Origin: the human T2T-CHM13v2.0 reference genome, Homo sapiens
Assembly (NCBI RefSeq): GCF_009914755.1
Contig: NC_060937.1
Length of the DNA stretch: 64,000 nt
Direction: 5' to 3' (one strand)
Shown: one piece after another, positions 45,834 to 61,459 of the stretch
Layout of the letters: every line of letters starts with the position of its first letter
How positions within the stretch are numbered: the first letter of the stretch is position 1
Notes under the pieces: model-generated
Told to the model about the DNA's origin: nothing
The model's input: only the letters and a program-made list of their open reading frames with translations
Database searches by the model: none
Made by a program: the position numbers and the translations under genes

Positions 45834-47311
45834 TGAGAGGTGACAATGTGCTAGCAGCCCTCGCTCACTCTCAGTGCCTCCTCAGCCTCGGCGTCCACTC
45901 TGGCCATGCTCAAGGAGCCCTTCAGCCCACCACTGCACTGTGGGGGCCCCTCTTTGGGCTGGCTGAGGCCAGAGCCGGCTCCCTCTGTTTGTGGGGAGGT
46001 GTGGAGGGAGAGGCATGGGCAGGAACTGGGGCCAGCACGAGTTCCGGGTGGGCGTGGGCTCAGCTGTGGAGGGTGCACCGGGTCCCCCAGCACTGTTGGC
46101 CCACCTGTGCCATGCTCAAATTCTTGCCGGGCCTCAGCCGCCTCCCTGCGGGGCAGGGCTTGGGACCTGCAGCCCGCCATGCCCTAACCCCCCCTGCTCC
46201 ACGGAGCCTGGTCCCATCGACTACACAATGGCAAAGGAGTGTGGGCACGCAGCATGGGATGGTCGGGCAACTCCTCACGTGGCCCTGGAGCGGGATCCAC
46301 TAGGCGAAGCCAGCTGGGCTCCTGAGTCAGGTGGGGACTTGGAGAACTTTTATGTCTAACTAAAGGTTTGTAAATGTGCCAATCAGCACTTTGTGGCTAG
46401 CTCAAGATTTGTAAATGCACCAGTCAGCACACTGTGGCTAGCTCAAGGTTTGTAAATGCACCAATCAGTGCTCTGTGTCTAGCTAATCTAGTAGGGACTT
46501 GGAGAACTTTTATGTCTAGCTAGAGGATTGTAAATACACCAATCAGCACTCTGTATCTAGCTCAAGGTTTGTAAACACACCAATCAGCACCCTGTGTCTA
46601 GCTCAAGGTTTGTAGACGCACCAATCAGCACTCTGTGTCTAGCTTAAGGTTTGTAAATACACCAATCAGTGCTCTGTGCCTTGCTAATCTAGTGGGGACT
46701 TGGAGAACTTTTACGTCTAGCTAGAGGATTGTAAATACACCAATCAGCACTCTGTGTCTAGCTCAGGGATAGTAAATTCACCAATCAGCATGCTGCCAAA
46801 ACAGACCAATCAGCTCTCTGTAAAATGGGCCAATCAGCAGGAAGTGGGTGGGGTCAGATAAGGGAATAAAAGCAGGCTGCTGGAGCCAGCAGTGGCAACC
46901 CATTGGGGTCCCCTTCCACGCTGTGGAAGCTTTGTTCTTTTGCTCTTTGCAATAAATCTTGATGCTGCTCACTCTTTGGTTCCACATTGCCTTTATGAGC
47001 TGTAACACTCACTGCAAAGGTCTGCAGCTTCATTCCTGAGGCCAGCGAGACCATGAACCCACCGGGAGGAATGAACAACTCCAGACGCGCCACCTCAAGA
47101 GCTGTAACACTCACCACGAAGGTCTGCAGCTTCACTCCTGAAACCAGCGAGACCACGAACCCACCAGAAGGAAGAAACTCCGAACAAGTCCGAACATCAG
47201 AAGGAACAAACTCTGGACCCACCACCTTTAAGAACTGTAATACTCACCACGAGGGTCCGCGGCTTCATTCTTGAAGTCAGTGAGACCAAGAACCCACCAA
47301 TTCCGGACACA
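45834..47311 (+). promoter_or_regulatory. 3' LTR12 (LTR12D-like), 1478 bp
   Basis: GC-rich U3, 10 intact plus 1 mutated CCAAT boxes, three U5 repeat units, ends GGACACA. Confidence 0.95.
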
Positions 47312-47571
47312 ATAGGAAGCAAGATCCCTCTTGGTGGTTGTATATTGCCTGGTCTACACGTGCTGCGTGGAACTGGGCTGTCCACCTGTGACTGTGCTGA
47401 GCCAAGCCAACATATTAAGCTGCACAAGAAAGACAGCATTTGAATGTTTGAATTCACCATGAAACTGCCCTATTTCTATATTTTGTGCAAGGTTCACGTT
47501 TTCCCCATTGTTTAAGCCATTTTTGGTTGGATATTTTATTATTTGTACCCAAAATTGTCTTAGCTAACAGA
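47312..47571. mobile_element. MLT1K-like LTR, second part
   Basis: Ends 'tgtttaagccatttttggttgg...ttatttgtacccaaaattgtcttagctaacaga', a typical MLT1 terminus. Confidence 0.6.
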
Positions 47572-47897
47572 CACTCAACTGTCTATATGCTCTTTAGCTC
47601 CAATAGTGCTCTAATTGTTTCATCTCTACCAAGTTGAAAATTTATTTGAGCAGAGAAAATAATCACCATATTTTTCTGGTTAAAATTCGTTTTTCATAAT
47701 TTAATGCTTCTAAAATGATCTATCTTTCAATGTATGTATTTAATATGAAAATATTTCTTTTTCCTGAAAATATATTATTGAATTTATAGCACAGATTACA
47801 ACAATTATGTCTTAAACTCTGAGAAATGGGATAGTAGATTCAGCTTTACCCCCAAGAAAAAGGAGAGTATAGAAAATGCCTAAGGAACTTGGTAGAG

Positions 47898-48190
47898 GGC
47901 AGGGTGCAGTGGCTTCTGCCTGTAATCCCAGCAATTTGGGAGGCCAAGGAGGGTGGATCATGAGGTCAAGAGATTGAGATCAGCCTGGCCAAGATGGTGA
48001 AACCCCATCTCTACTAAAAATACAAAAATTAGCTGGGCGTGGTGGTGCGTGCCTGTAATCCCAGCCCTACTCGGTAGGCTGAGGCAGGAGAATCGCTTCA
48101 GCCTGGGAGGCGGAGGTTGGCAGTGAGCCGAGATTGTGAGACTCAGTCGAAAAAGAAAGAAAGAAAGAAGGGAGGGAGGGAGGGAAGAAT
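47898..48190 (+). mobile_element. AluSc-type with 3' deletion
   Basis: Alu lacking part of the right arm; GAAA/GGGA tail. Confidence 0.9.
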
Positions 48191-48851
48191 CACAGACCAA
48201 ATTAATTAACATTGATGTAAAAACTCTAAAGATTAGCAAATCCAACATTGCAACGTTTTATTTCTCCATAATGTTAAAGAGCCTTTTTTCTTTACACCAG
48301 CTTTACCATTTTATTACATGTATCTTATATTGCCACGAAGTTTGTTTACATACAATAAAGTGCATGCATTCTAAGTATACAATTCAGTGGGTTTTGGCAA
48401 ATGTAACCAACCATGGTTACATTCAGTCTCAATATAGAACATTTCCATCACCCTCCAAAAATTCCCTGTGCTATCTCTATATTTATGTTATGCAAGGCTC
48501 ACATTTGCCTCATTATTGAAATCATTGTTGGTTGGGTTTTGTATTATTTGTACCCCAAATTGTCTTAACTAACATATACTCACCTGTTAATCCCACATGG
48601 TCAGCCCCTGGCAACCACAGGTCTGCTTTCTGTTACTACAGATCAGTTTTGCCTGTTCTAGACGTATATGTAAATGGACTCATACAACATGAACTCTGAA
48701 TGCTCCCTGCATTCAGCACAGTGCATTCCAGTCCTTTATGTTGTCATGTGTATTGATTTTTTTTTTCCGTTTCGTTGCTGCGTAGGATTTCATTGTATCA
48801 ATATGCCACTATTGATGTATCCATCCTCCGGCTGAGAGGCATTGGGTTTGT

Positions 48852-49230
48852 TTCCGGTTGGGTTCTAAGCAGATGCTTAGAGGGAGTTTGGGATGCAGTG
48901 TGCTTGCTGGGGACCAACACCTGTGAAAAGAAGGGAGAGGAAGCAGGCTTGGGAAGACGGAGAAGGTAAACAGTGATGTGGTCTGACCAAACCTTGGCCA
49001 GTGCTTCAGAAAGCCCAAGAGCGGGTGTGACCATCAAAACTGTCCAGAGGCGGCACAAATGGCTTTTTCTTCATAGTCCCACCTCGCTCAGTGACAAGAC
49101 ATGGGTCATTCCACAAAGGGCATGGGGCATCCCCTAACGCAGCTGACACCTGGAATTGACCAAACTCCCAGAGCTGGATAGCAAGTCTCTGTTTGAAAGT
49201 GGACCTCAGTGGCTCATCTCTCACCAACCA
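48852..49230. mobile_element. ERVL-class LTR (LTR40-like) inserted in L1
   Basis: 'caacacctgtgaaaagaagggagaggaagcaggcttgggaaga'; L1 resumes afterwards. Confidence 0.55.
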
Positions 49231-49946
49231 TTGGTTTGTTTCCAGTTTTTGTTTTTTGCTATTGTCAATAAAACTGCCAAATAAGCATTCACATATAAGT
49301 CTCCTTGTAGGCATACTTACGTTTGTATTTCTCTTGGGCAAAAACCTAGGAATGGCATTGCTGGGATATATGGTAAGTGTAGATTTAACTTTATAAAAAA
49401 CTGTAAACCATGTTCCAAAGCTGTAGCACAATTTTCCATCAGCACCAGGATATCTGAGTGTCCCATTGCTCCATATCATTGCTAACTCTTGGTGTCATCA
49501 GACTTCAATTTCACCCACTCTGCTGGGGACACAGTGATAGTTCATTGTGGTTGTAATTTGTATTTCTCTGGTGGCATGGTGGGGGTGAGCTGTTTTTCAT
49601 GTGCTCATTGACCATTGATATATCTTCCTTTGTGAAATAGCTGTCCAAATTTTTTGCCCAGTTAAAAAATTGAGTTATTTGTCTTTTTATAATTGAGTTG
49701 CAAGAGTTATTTGTATATATCTTCTGGGAAAAAGTTTATTGTCAGATATATATCACATATAATAAAGCATGAATATTTTCTTCCAGTCTGGCTTGCCTTT
49801 TTGGTCTTTTAAGTCTTTTGAAATAACAAAAGTTTTAAATATTGTTATCAGTATTTTATCTTATGCTTAATGTTTTGATGTCCTAACAAATTTTTGCTAT
49901 CCTGAAGTTGCAAAACCATTCTCCTGTGTTTTCTTCTAGAAGCTGG

Positions 49947-50235
49947 TTTTGTTGTTGTTTTAGAGACAGTGTCTCACTCTGTTGCCCAGGCTGGAGTGTG
50001 GTGGCAAGATCACAGCTCACTGCACCCTTAACTCCTGGGCTCAAGCTATCCTCCTACCTCAGCCTCCAAAGTAGCTAAGACAATGGGCACATGCCACCAC
50101 ATCCAGCTAATATTTTTTTAGAGATGGAGTATTCCTATGTTGCCCAGACTGGTCTTGAATTTCTGGCCTCAAGCAATCTTCCTGCCTTGGCCTCTCAACA
50201 TGTTGGGATTACAGGTGTGAGCCACAATGCCCAGC
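49947..50235 (-). mobile_element. AluJ
   Basis: TSD ttctagaa. Confidence 0.9.
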
Positions 50236-51614
50236 ATTCTAGAATTTTTATAATCATAAATCTGTGTTAAAGTCTGATATATCTTTTGAGTTTATTTTGT
50301 GAGGGAAAGGCTAAGGTTCATTTTTTAAAATTCAGAAATCTAGTTTCATCACCATTTGTTGGAAAGAGAGTCTTTTCCTCACGGAATTGTCGTGGCACCT
50401 TTGTTGAAAATCAATTCACCATATATGTGTGAATCTATTTCTGGACTCTATATTGTATACCATTGATTTATGTCTGCTTTTATATCAATTTCACACTGCC
50501 TTAATTACTTTTTAGTAAATCTTGAAATCAGGTAGGGTAAGTTCTCCAATTTCGTCTTTCATTTTCAAAAGTGTTTTGACTATTTCAGGTCATTTTCATT
50601 TCAGTATAATTTTACAGCCAGTTTTCAATTTCTATCCCCAAAAGAGCTTGCTGATTTCAATTAACTTTACATTAAATCTGTAGATCAATTTCGGAAAAAT
50701 ACTCTTTTTAAAAAATATTGAGTAATTCAGTTCACAGACACAATATTTCTGTCCATTACTTGCTTAGATATTCTTTAATATCTCTTGACAGTTTTGTTGT
50801 TTTCAGTGTACAGATCTTTTAATGTTTTGGTAAATTTATCCCTAGATCCTTCATGGTTTTGATGCCATTGTAAATAATGTTGTTTAAAGATGGTTTTATT
50901 ATTTCTTTTTCAATTTATATCATTTTCTTCCTGTCTCCTCATCCTCTTCCATCTCCTCTTCCTTCTCATTCTCTTTTCTTCCTTTCTTTTTGGCAATGTG
51001 GATCTCGAGTGGTAAGAGCATATATTTTTACTTTGTTCCTAGTCTTAGGGAAAAAGTGCTCAGTCTTTCTCCATTAAGTGTGATGTTAGCTTTAAGTTTT
51101 TCACAGAAGTTCTTTATCAGGTTGAGGAAATTCCTTTCTATTCCTACTTTGCTTAGATTATTTATTATCTGTGGATGGCAAATTTTGTCAAATACTTTTC
51201 CTTGTATGTATTCAGATTATCCAGTTGGCAATGTTTATTCTATTAATACAGTGACATATCTTGATTGACTTTTAAATATAATGTTTTATCCTTGCATTCC
51301 CAGGATAAAACCACTTGTACCTGATGTACTACCCTTTTTATAGATTGCTGGATGTGTTTGGCTAAATTTCTGAGAAGGATTTCTTTGCCACTAGGTTCAC
51401 AACATATGTTGGTGAATAGTTTTCTTTGCTCATCTTCTGGATTTGGTATCTGGGTAATACTTTAATCATAAAATGAGTTGAGAAGTGTTCACTCCTTCTC
51501 TATTTTCTGTAAGATCAATGGGAAAATTTGTGTGGAATGTACCAGTCCAAAACTATGTGAGTCTAGAATTGTCTTTATCAAGGGAGATTAAATCACAGTG
51601 TAAAATATTTAATA

Positions 51615-52590
<976 letters not shown>

Positions 52591-53800
52591 ATGTAAGGCT
52601 ATTGAAATTTTCTATTTTGTTTGAGTTTTGTTAATTTATGTCATTCAAGTAAGCCTTCTATTTAACATACATTTTTAAATTTATTGACATTAAATTGTTC
52701 ATAATTTTCCCCTTATTTTTCTTTTAATATCTCTATGAATTATAGTGGTGACCCACTTTCATTTCTAATAATGATAATTTGGGTCTTTTTTTTTCCACCA
52801 TTCTAGCTGAAGGTTTGTAGATTGTGTTGATATTTAAAGAAAACAGCTTTTGCTGGCAGTAATTTTTCTATTGTTTGCTTAATTTTCTAGGGTATTAATA
52901 TCTGCTCTAATTTGTCTTCTTTCCTTCCTTCTACTTTGGGTTTCATTTTTTCTACTTTTTCTAGATTTTAAAAGTATAAGCTTATATCATTAATTCTAGA
53001 TTTTTCTTTTCTAGTGCAAGCATTTTGAGCTATATATTTACCTCTAAATACAACTTAAGCTGCACCTTATATATTTTTACATATTTTGTTTTCATTATCA
53101 ATCAGTTCAAAGTAATTTCTAATTTCCATTGTGACTTCTTCTTTATATAATACCATAGGTTATTTAGAAGTATATGTTTAATTTTCAAATATTTAGGGAT
53201 TTTTCAGTAATCTTGCTACTAATTTCCAATTTAATTACATTTTGACCAGAGAAAATATTTCATAGTATTTTCAGTCTTTTAAATTTGAGGTTTGTTTTAT
53301 GGCCCAGCACATAGTCTTTTTTGGTGAATAGTTCATGCTCACCTAAAAAGAATGAGCACTCTGCAGATGCTCAGTATAGCATTTTATACATTTTAGGTTG
53401 AGTTGGTTGATCATGCTGTTCAATATCACTGATATTCTGTGTATTTGTTTTATAAATTATTGAGGGAGGAGTGTTGAAGTCTCCAACTGAAAATGCAGAT
53501 CTCTTCATTTCTCTTATTTCATCGGTGTTTGCTTCATATGTTTTCAAACGTGATTACGTGCATGCATATTTACAATTGCTAGGTCTTTTGATGAATTGAC
53601 TATTTAATCATTATGAAATGTCCCTATTCATTTAGGCTGATAGTTCTTGTCATAAAGGCTGCTTTGATACTAATATAGCCACCTTGGCTTTCTTTCTTTT
53701 GATCACTGTCTATTCCTGATATTTTTATTATTTTACCTTTTAAATTGTAATGTATCTGTGGTTTTGCACTTACGGCGAATTTCTTGTAGACAATATGTAG

Positions 53801-54151
<351 letters not shown>

Positions 54152-54403
54152 TAAGTTCTATTTTAATTCAATTGTTTGGATCATTTATGTTTACAATATA
54201 AGTCCATATATTGGGGTTTAAGTCTAGCATCTTGTTATTTATTTTATAGTTATCTTATGTGTTTTTGGCTCCTTTATTTCTGCTCCTTTATTCCTTTCTT
54301 TTGGATTAATTTTTTATATATTCTATCTTTATTATTGACTTATTAGCTATTCATTTTTATTAGAATTAACTGCTCTACATTTTATAATAAACATCTTTAT
54401 AAT

Positions 54404-54700
54404 GGCCAGGTGCAATGGCTCATGCCTATAATCCCAGCACTTTGGGAGACTGAGGAGGGCAGATCACTTGAGGTCACAAGTTCGAGACCAGCCTGGCCAA
54501 CATGGTGAAACCCCATCTCTACAAAAAATACAAAAATTGACGGGTGTGGTGGTGCACGCCTGTAGTTCCACCTACTAGGAAGGCTGAGGCAGGAGAATTT
54601 CTCATTGAACCCAGGAGGTGGACGGTGCAGTAGGCTGAGATCACACCATTGCACTCCAGCCTGGGCGACAGAAAGAGACTCTGTCTGAAAAAAAAAAAAA
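54404..54700 (+). mobile_element. AluS
   Basis: Full Alu. Confidence 0.95.
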
Positions 54701-54817
54701 CTTTATCATGCCTTATCTTCAAATTTTTTTGTGTATATAATGTAAGAACTTTTATTTTTTATTTCAGTAGGTTTTTGGGGAACAGGTGGTGTTTGGCTAC
54801 ATGGATAAGTTCTTTAG

Positions 54818-55460
<643 letters not shown>

Positions 55461-56617
55461 GGCTGTTTTCCTATAGATTTGTTAAATCACTTTATATTTT
55501 CCCACGTCACTAAAGCGCTATTCATTTCACTCAATCTTTCTTCTATCTGTGCTTCAATTTGGATATCTAGTGCTACATCATCAATCACTGTTTTTTTTTT
55601 CTTCTGCAGTGTTTAATCTGCTGTTAATCTCACCCAGTGAATTTTTTTTCAAATGTTACATTTTTCAACTCCACAAGTCCTTTCTACGATCTATGTTATG
55701 TTTCCCTCCTTATTACATACATGTTTTCCTTTAAATCCTTGAACGTATTTAGAACAGCAGGTTTCAATTCCTTCAGGTATAAACCCAGGATGAGAGCAGG
55801 TCTCACAATGTTTCCTTCCCTTCTCTCAGGGACTACAGTCTTGTGTAAACAGTTGGTTAATACATTTTGTTTATTTTTCTAGTTGTTCATAGCAGGAGAG
55901 CAAGCCTGGTAATAATGACTACAACATGCCTGGAAGAGGAAATTGCTTGTAAGCTTTTAACACACTATCTAACTATGTAAATTTCTTCCTCCTTCCTCTT
56001 TAATTTTTAGCTGCCTTTACTAGAATGTAAGTTCTAAAAGGTCAGGGACTTCAGTCTGTTTTATTTCTGCTGTATCTTCGTTACCCATAATGTACCATAA
56101 ATATTTGTTGAATTATCGAATGAATGATTTACTTGACTATCATTTACTCTAAAGCACTTTAATCAAGAAAGAGTGATACTATATTTGTTCCAGTAAATGG
56201 CAGCTTTGATATACATAGTTTCCATAATCATGAACCCAACTAGTATTGCATAAGTCAGCATGTGAGATGTTATTAATTGTCATAACGCATGTCAAAAACA
56301 GGCTACCAGTGAAATTTAAAATACTCAGGATATGAAGATTGGCTAAGATATCTTAGACATATTCTCCATCCTTATAGTGCACAGGGCATAAAAATTCAAT
56401 GATCCTATAGTCTGAACCTTTAGTGATGATGCTATGAGACTTAATCTTTAAATAGTCTCTTCTCCAGCCATTGGTCTAGGTAAATATCTGTTTGCCTGAC
56501 ACCAACTATGGAATGTTGTCAAGCTTTTTATGCAAAGTGGTAGGCAGAGCACCCAAATGTACAGAGCTCTAGAATGTCACCTAGATTAAACAACAGGGTG
56601 TATGAATAAATTTATGC

Positions 56618-56928
<311 letters not shown>

Positions 56929-58164
56929 GATTTATGCCTATTTTTAAATCAACATTTGTCTAGTAAATGTTGGTATGTTGGCAGAATTCGGTCTGAGACC
57001 TGCTTTCATTCTACCTAGTAGGGACATTATGGGATAGTAACTAACTTTTTCCCATCTCAAACTTTCTAGAGTTTACTGCTTTCAGCGAAACACTAGATAA
57101 ATGTTACTCATGGCCAAGTTACTTGGAGCAGTTTATAATTTACCAACTTGGGTTTATCACAAGAAAGTTAACTTAGAAAAAATGCAGTACTGTGATTTGT
57201 CACATTAACAGATAAAAGGAAAATAATTTTCTGATCATCTTGACCTATCATAGTTTTGAAATATAATTTCAAACAAATTTATTGTTTGTAAAAAATTTAG
57301 TCAACTAAAATTAGAAGGAATCTTGCTTAACTTGAAAAGTATTGTACCAAAAAGTAACAGTAAATAAAGCTACGGAATAAAATAAAAACCCAGGAACTGT
57401 TTGTTTTGTTTTAAATTATAATATATGTGATACTATAGAAGTAGCATTACAATCAATGAGAAAAGCATGAACTGTTTAACAAATTGTGCTCCTTTTATTA
57501 CCTAGAGGGAATTTTACTTTTGTTTTTTCTGCAGTGATCTACAAGTTCTAGCAACCTTTAATAAAAAGTCGGAACTACTTTAATAAAAGTCAAAAAGCCT
57601 AACTATCTCATCTCTTACTAGTAATATTTCACATATAATCCTACTGCATATAAATAGTTATATTGCATATACTGGAACAGTTGCCTGTCCTCAGGGAGAA
57701 AAAATAGATCTATTTCATTCCATCCATAAAGATAAATTCCAAATGCATTGAAAAATCTGACTGTGAAAACTAAAAGGTTGAAAACAAGGAGAAAATATTG
57801 GAGAATATCTTTTCACCTTGGAATAGGAAAATATTCCTTAAACAAGGCAGAGAAAGCAAACATTTTATTGATTCACCAAAAGATCATAAATTTTATTGCA
57901 TTTAAACCTCATGTGTATTATTTAACTTCAGTACAAAAAGAAAGAGGTCTGAGACAAAAGGTTATTGCTACATATATAACCAGCTATGAATTAACATTCA
58001 AAGTTTACATATAACATTTGGCAAATCAATAAGTAAAAGACATAACAAGGGGAAAATTGGCAAAGTATATGAATGGGTAGTTCACAGAAGAAGAAATGTT
58101 AAGTGGCTAATAAGCATTGGAAAACACACTCAGCCTCACTAGTAGTAAAAGAAATGTAGCTAAA

Positions 58165-58625
<461 letters not shown>

Positions 58626-59194
58626 AAGTGTAAAAATAAGTACTGGTTAGGAGCTGAGGAGAAATGAGAACTCCCAGAGCACTGAGAACTGGAGCCACTA
58701 CTTTGGAAAACAATTCTGCAATGATCAATAGATCTCTGAATTCTGTCTTTAGGTTTCCTAGTAAAACTTTCAAATACGGGCACTTAGAGTGATATATAAA
58801 GATAGTTAACGGAGGCCCATTGCCCATTTTGTAATTGTGAAAAGCTGGAAACAAACCTAAATGCCTGTCACCAGTAAAACGAAGCAACATGAAGATCCCT
58901 GTACACAGATGTCTGTCTCTTTTGTCCTCTCCTGAACCTTGAACAATGTTTGACTCATAGTAGGTGCTCAATAAGTACTTGTTAAATGAATGAATAAATG
59001 AATTCTATACCATGTTACACAGCAGGTAAGAATCTACATGCATCAACATCAATGAATTTCAAAGAAAAATGGCCTGCAATAAAACTTTCTGGAGTGTGAA
59101 TGCAAACATGTAAATTATATAAGTGCACAAAACAATGTGATATATTGTTGGTGCATGTATAGGTACTATACACATCTTTAAAATATATGCAGAA

Positions 59195-59790
59195 TTTACC
59201 CTCTCTCCACACAGCCATATCACCCACCTGGGTCAAATCGCAGCATCTCTGCCCTGGATTATTGCTGCGCTCCTAACTGGTCTTCCTGTTTCTGCCATGC
59301 CCTTCCTGGAGTCTATTCTCAGCACAGTAGCTGGAATGATCCTGTTAAAACATCTGCCCAGCTCAGTCTTACCTCTTGAACCTCGGCCTCCCCTTGTGCC
59401 TTCTGAAGCTACACCAATCTCTTCACTGTTCCTACGAGGCACTCATCTTTCACCATCACTGCCTCCTCAGCCAAGGACCAGTCCCCAGTAATCTGTAAGC
59501 TCTTCTCCTCCACCTCTTGGATTCTTCCCTGAATGTCCTCTTTCCACTGAGTTGTTCCCTGGCAAGTTTATCCAAAACTCAGCAGCTTCCCCCAGCCACC
59601 ACACCCTCCCTTGTGCCCTTTCCTGCACATCTTATCATCTAACAAACCACATATTTTACTTAATATTTTGCTCATTGTCTGTCCCCACACCCTTCCAAAT
59701 GTCACCTCCTTGAAGACAGGGGCTTTTGTCTGTTTTATTCATTGCTAAATTCCCAGCAACCAGCCTAATACCTGGCCCAGAGAAGGCTCA
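59195..59790 (+). mobile_element. L2a 3' region
   Basis: 'ctggattattgctgcgctcctaactggtcttcctg', 'ctccttgaagacaggggcttttgtctgttttattcattgct'. Confidence 0.8.
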
Positions 59791-60091
59791 GAAAGAAACA
59801 GAAAGAAAAGGCACAATGGTCAGGATGTAGACCTGCTTCAGGACACTCATCGCCTCTAGGGATTGGGAAAGCTGGTGGGATGGCACATATATGTTGCACT
59901 GTTTTATATTTTAATCAAGAAAAACAACTGAAGCAAATGTGGCTTCATTTAACAAATGCTAGCATTAAACAAATCTCAGTAACATATTGTCTATGATTTT
60001 TCATACCCTTGCTTTAAATTGATTAATAATATCCATATAATAAAGTAGATAAAGTACACTAAGGTGCACAATGTGATGACTTTTGAATGTA

Positions 60092-60416
60092 CAGTCATCC
60101 CTTGGTATCTTAGGGTGGACTGGTTCCAGAACGCCCCCAACGATACTAAAATCCACAGATGCTCAGTCCCTTATATGAAATGATATAGTATTTGCATATA
60201 ACCAATGCACACATCCTCTTGTATACTTTAAATCGTCTTTAGATTACTTATACCTCATATAGTGTAAATGCTATGTAAGTAGTTTTTATACCATATTGTT
60301 TTATTTGTATTATATTTTATTGTTGGTATTATTATTTTAAATTTTTTCCAAATATTTTTGATCTGGAGTTGGTTGAATCCGTGGATGCAGAACCCGTGGA
60401 TAAGGAGGGCCGAGGA
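60092..60416 (+). mobile_element. MER2 (TcMar-Tigger MITE)
   Basis: 'tacagtcatcccttggtatc...ttggttgaatccgtggatgcagaacccgtggataaggagggccga'. Confidence 0.9.
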
Positions 60417-60677
60417 TACGTATACATTATGTGACCACCACCTAAATTAATGCTGAGAATATACTCAGCATCCTGTACTCCCCCAGTTTCTTGTACTTCT
60501 TCCCAGTTTACACCACTCTTGCCTACAGATAATCACAATTCCGACTTCAATTATCAGTTAATTTTGCCAATTTTTGGAATTTATATAGTCATATAATATA
60601 TGCTTACGTGTCCAGCTTCTTTCACTCAACAAAATATCTTGGAGGTTCATCCCTGTTGTCAGCACTAATAGTTTTTT

Positions 60678-61022
<345 letters not shown>

Positions 61023-61459
61023 TAACAATGCAGGACACTTGTATTTGCTTGTTGAACATTTGGATATTCTCTTCTGTGGAGTGTTTAATTTCAAAATTAG
61101 GTTTTCTTATTATTTGCAGGAATTCTTCATCTATTCTGGAGAAGTTTGTGTCAAGTGTATGCACTGTGACTATCTCCTCCTAGTCTTTGGTTTGCTTTTC
61201 ACTTTTTAATGGTGTTTTTGGTAAATAGAAATGTAATGTTTTGATGAGGTCCACCTGCATGCTTTTGGATATTTGAAATATTTTGTAATTAAATATTTTA
61301 ATCGGAAAAAATAGAAAAGGGAAGGCCTTTCTCTTTCACTCTTAGACAGAACATATGGTTCAAAGGATCATTCCTTCCTCCCTCCTCTCTCCCCTCCATA
61401 TTATTGTACTAACGTGTATCTAACTCCAGGATCCACACGGAAGGTAATTTTCAAGTGGG

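Larger units (their letters stand above)
38864..47311 (+). mobile_element. HERV9 (ERV9) provirus, defective, two LTRs
   Basis: LTR12 at both ends, Arg PBS, gag/pro/RT/RNaseH/env-TM remnants, PPT; TSD ATAG at 38860-38863 and 47312-47315. Confidence 0.97.

Noticed and set aside
45812-46359. Overlapping ORFs of 72-163 aa
   Set aside because: GC-rich LTR12 U3; stop-poor by composition
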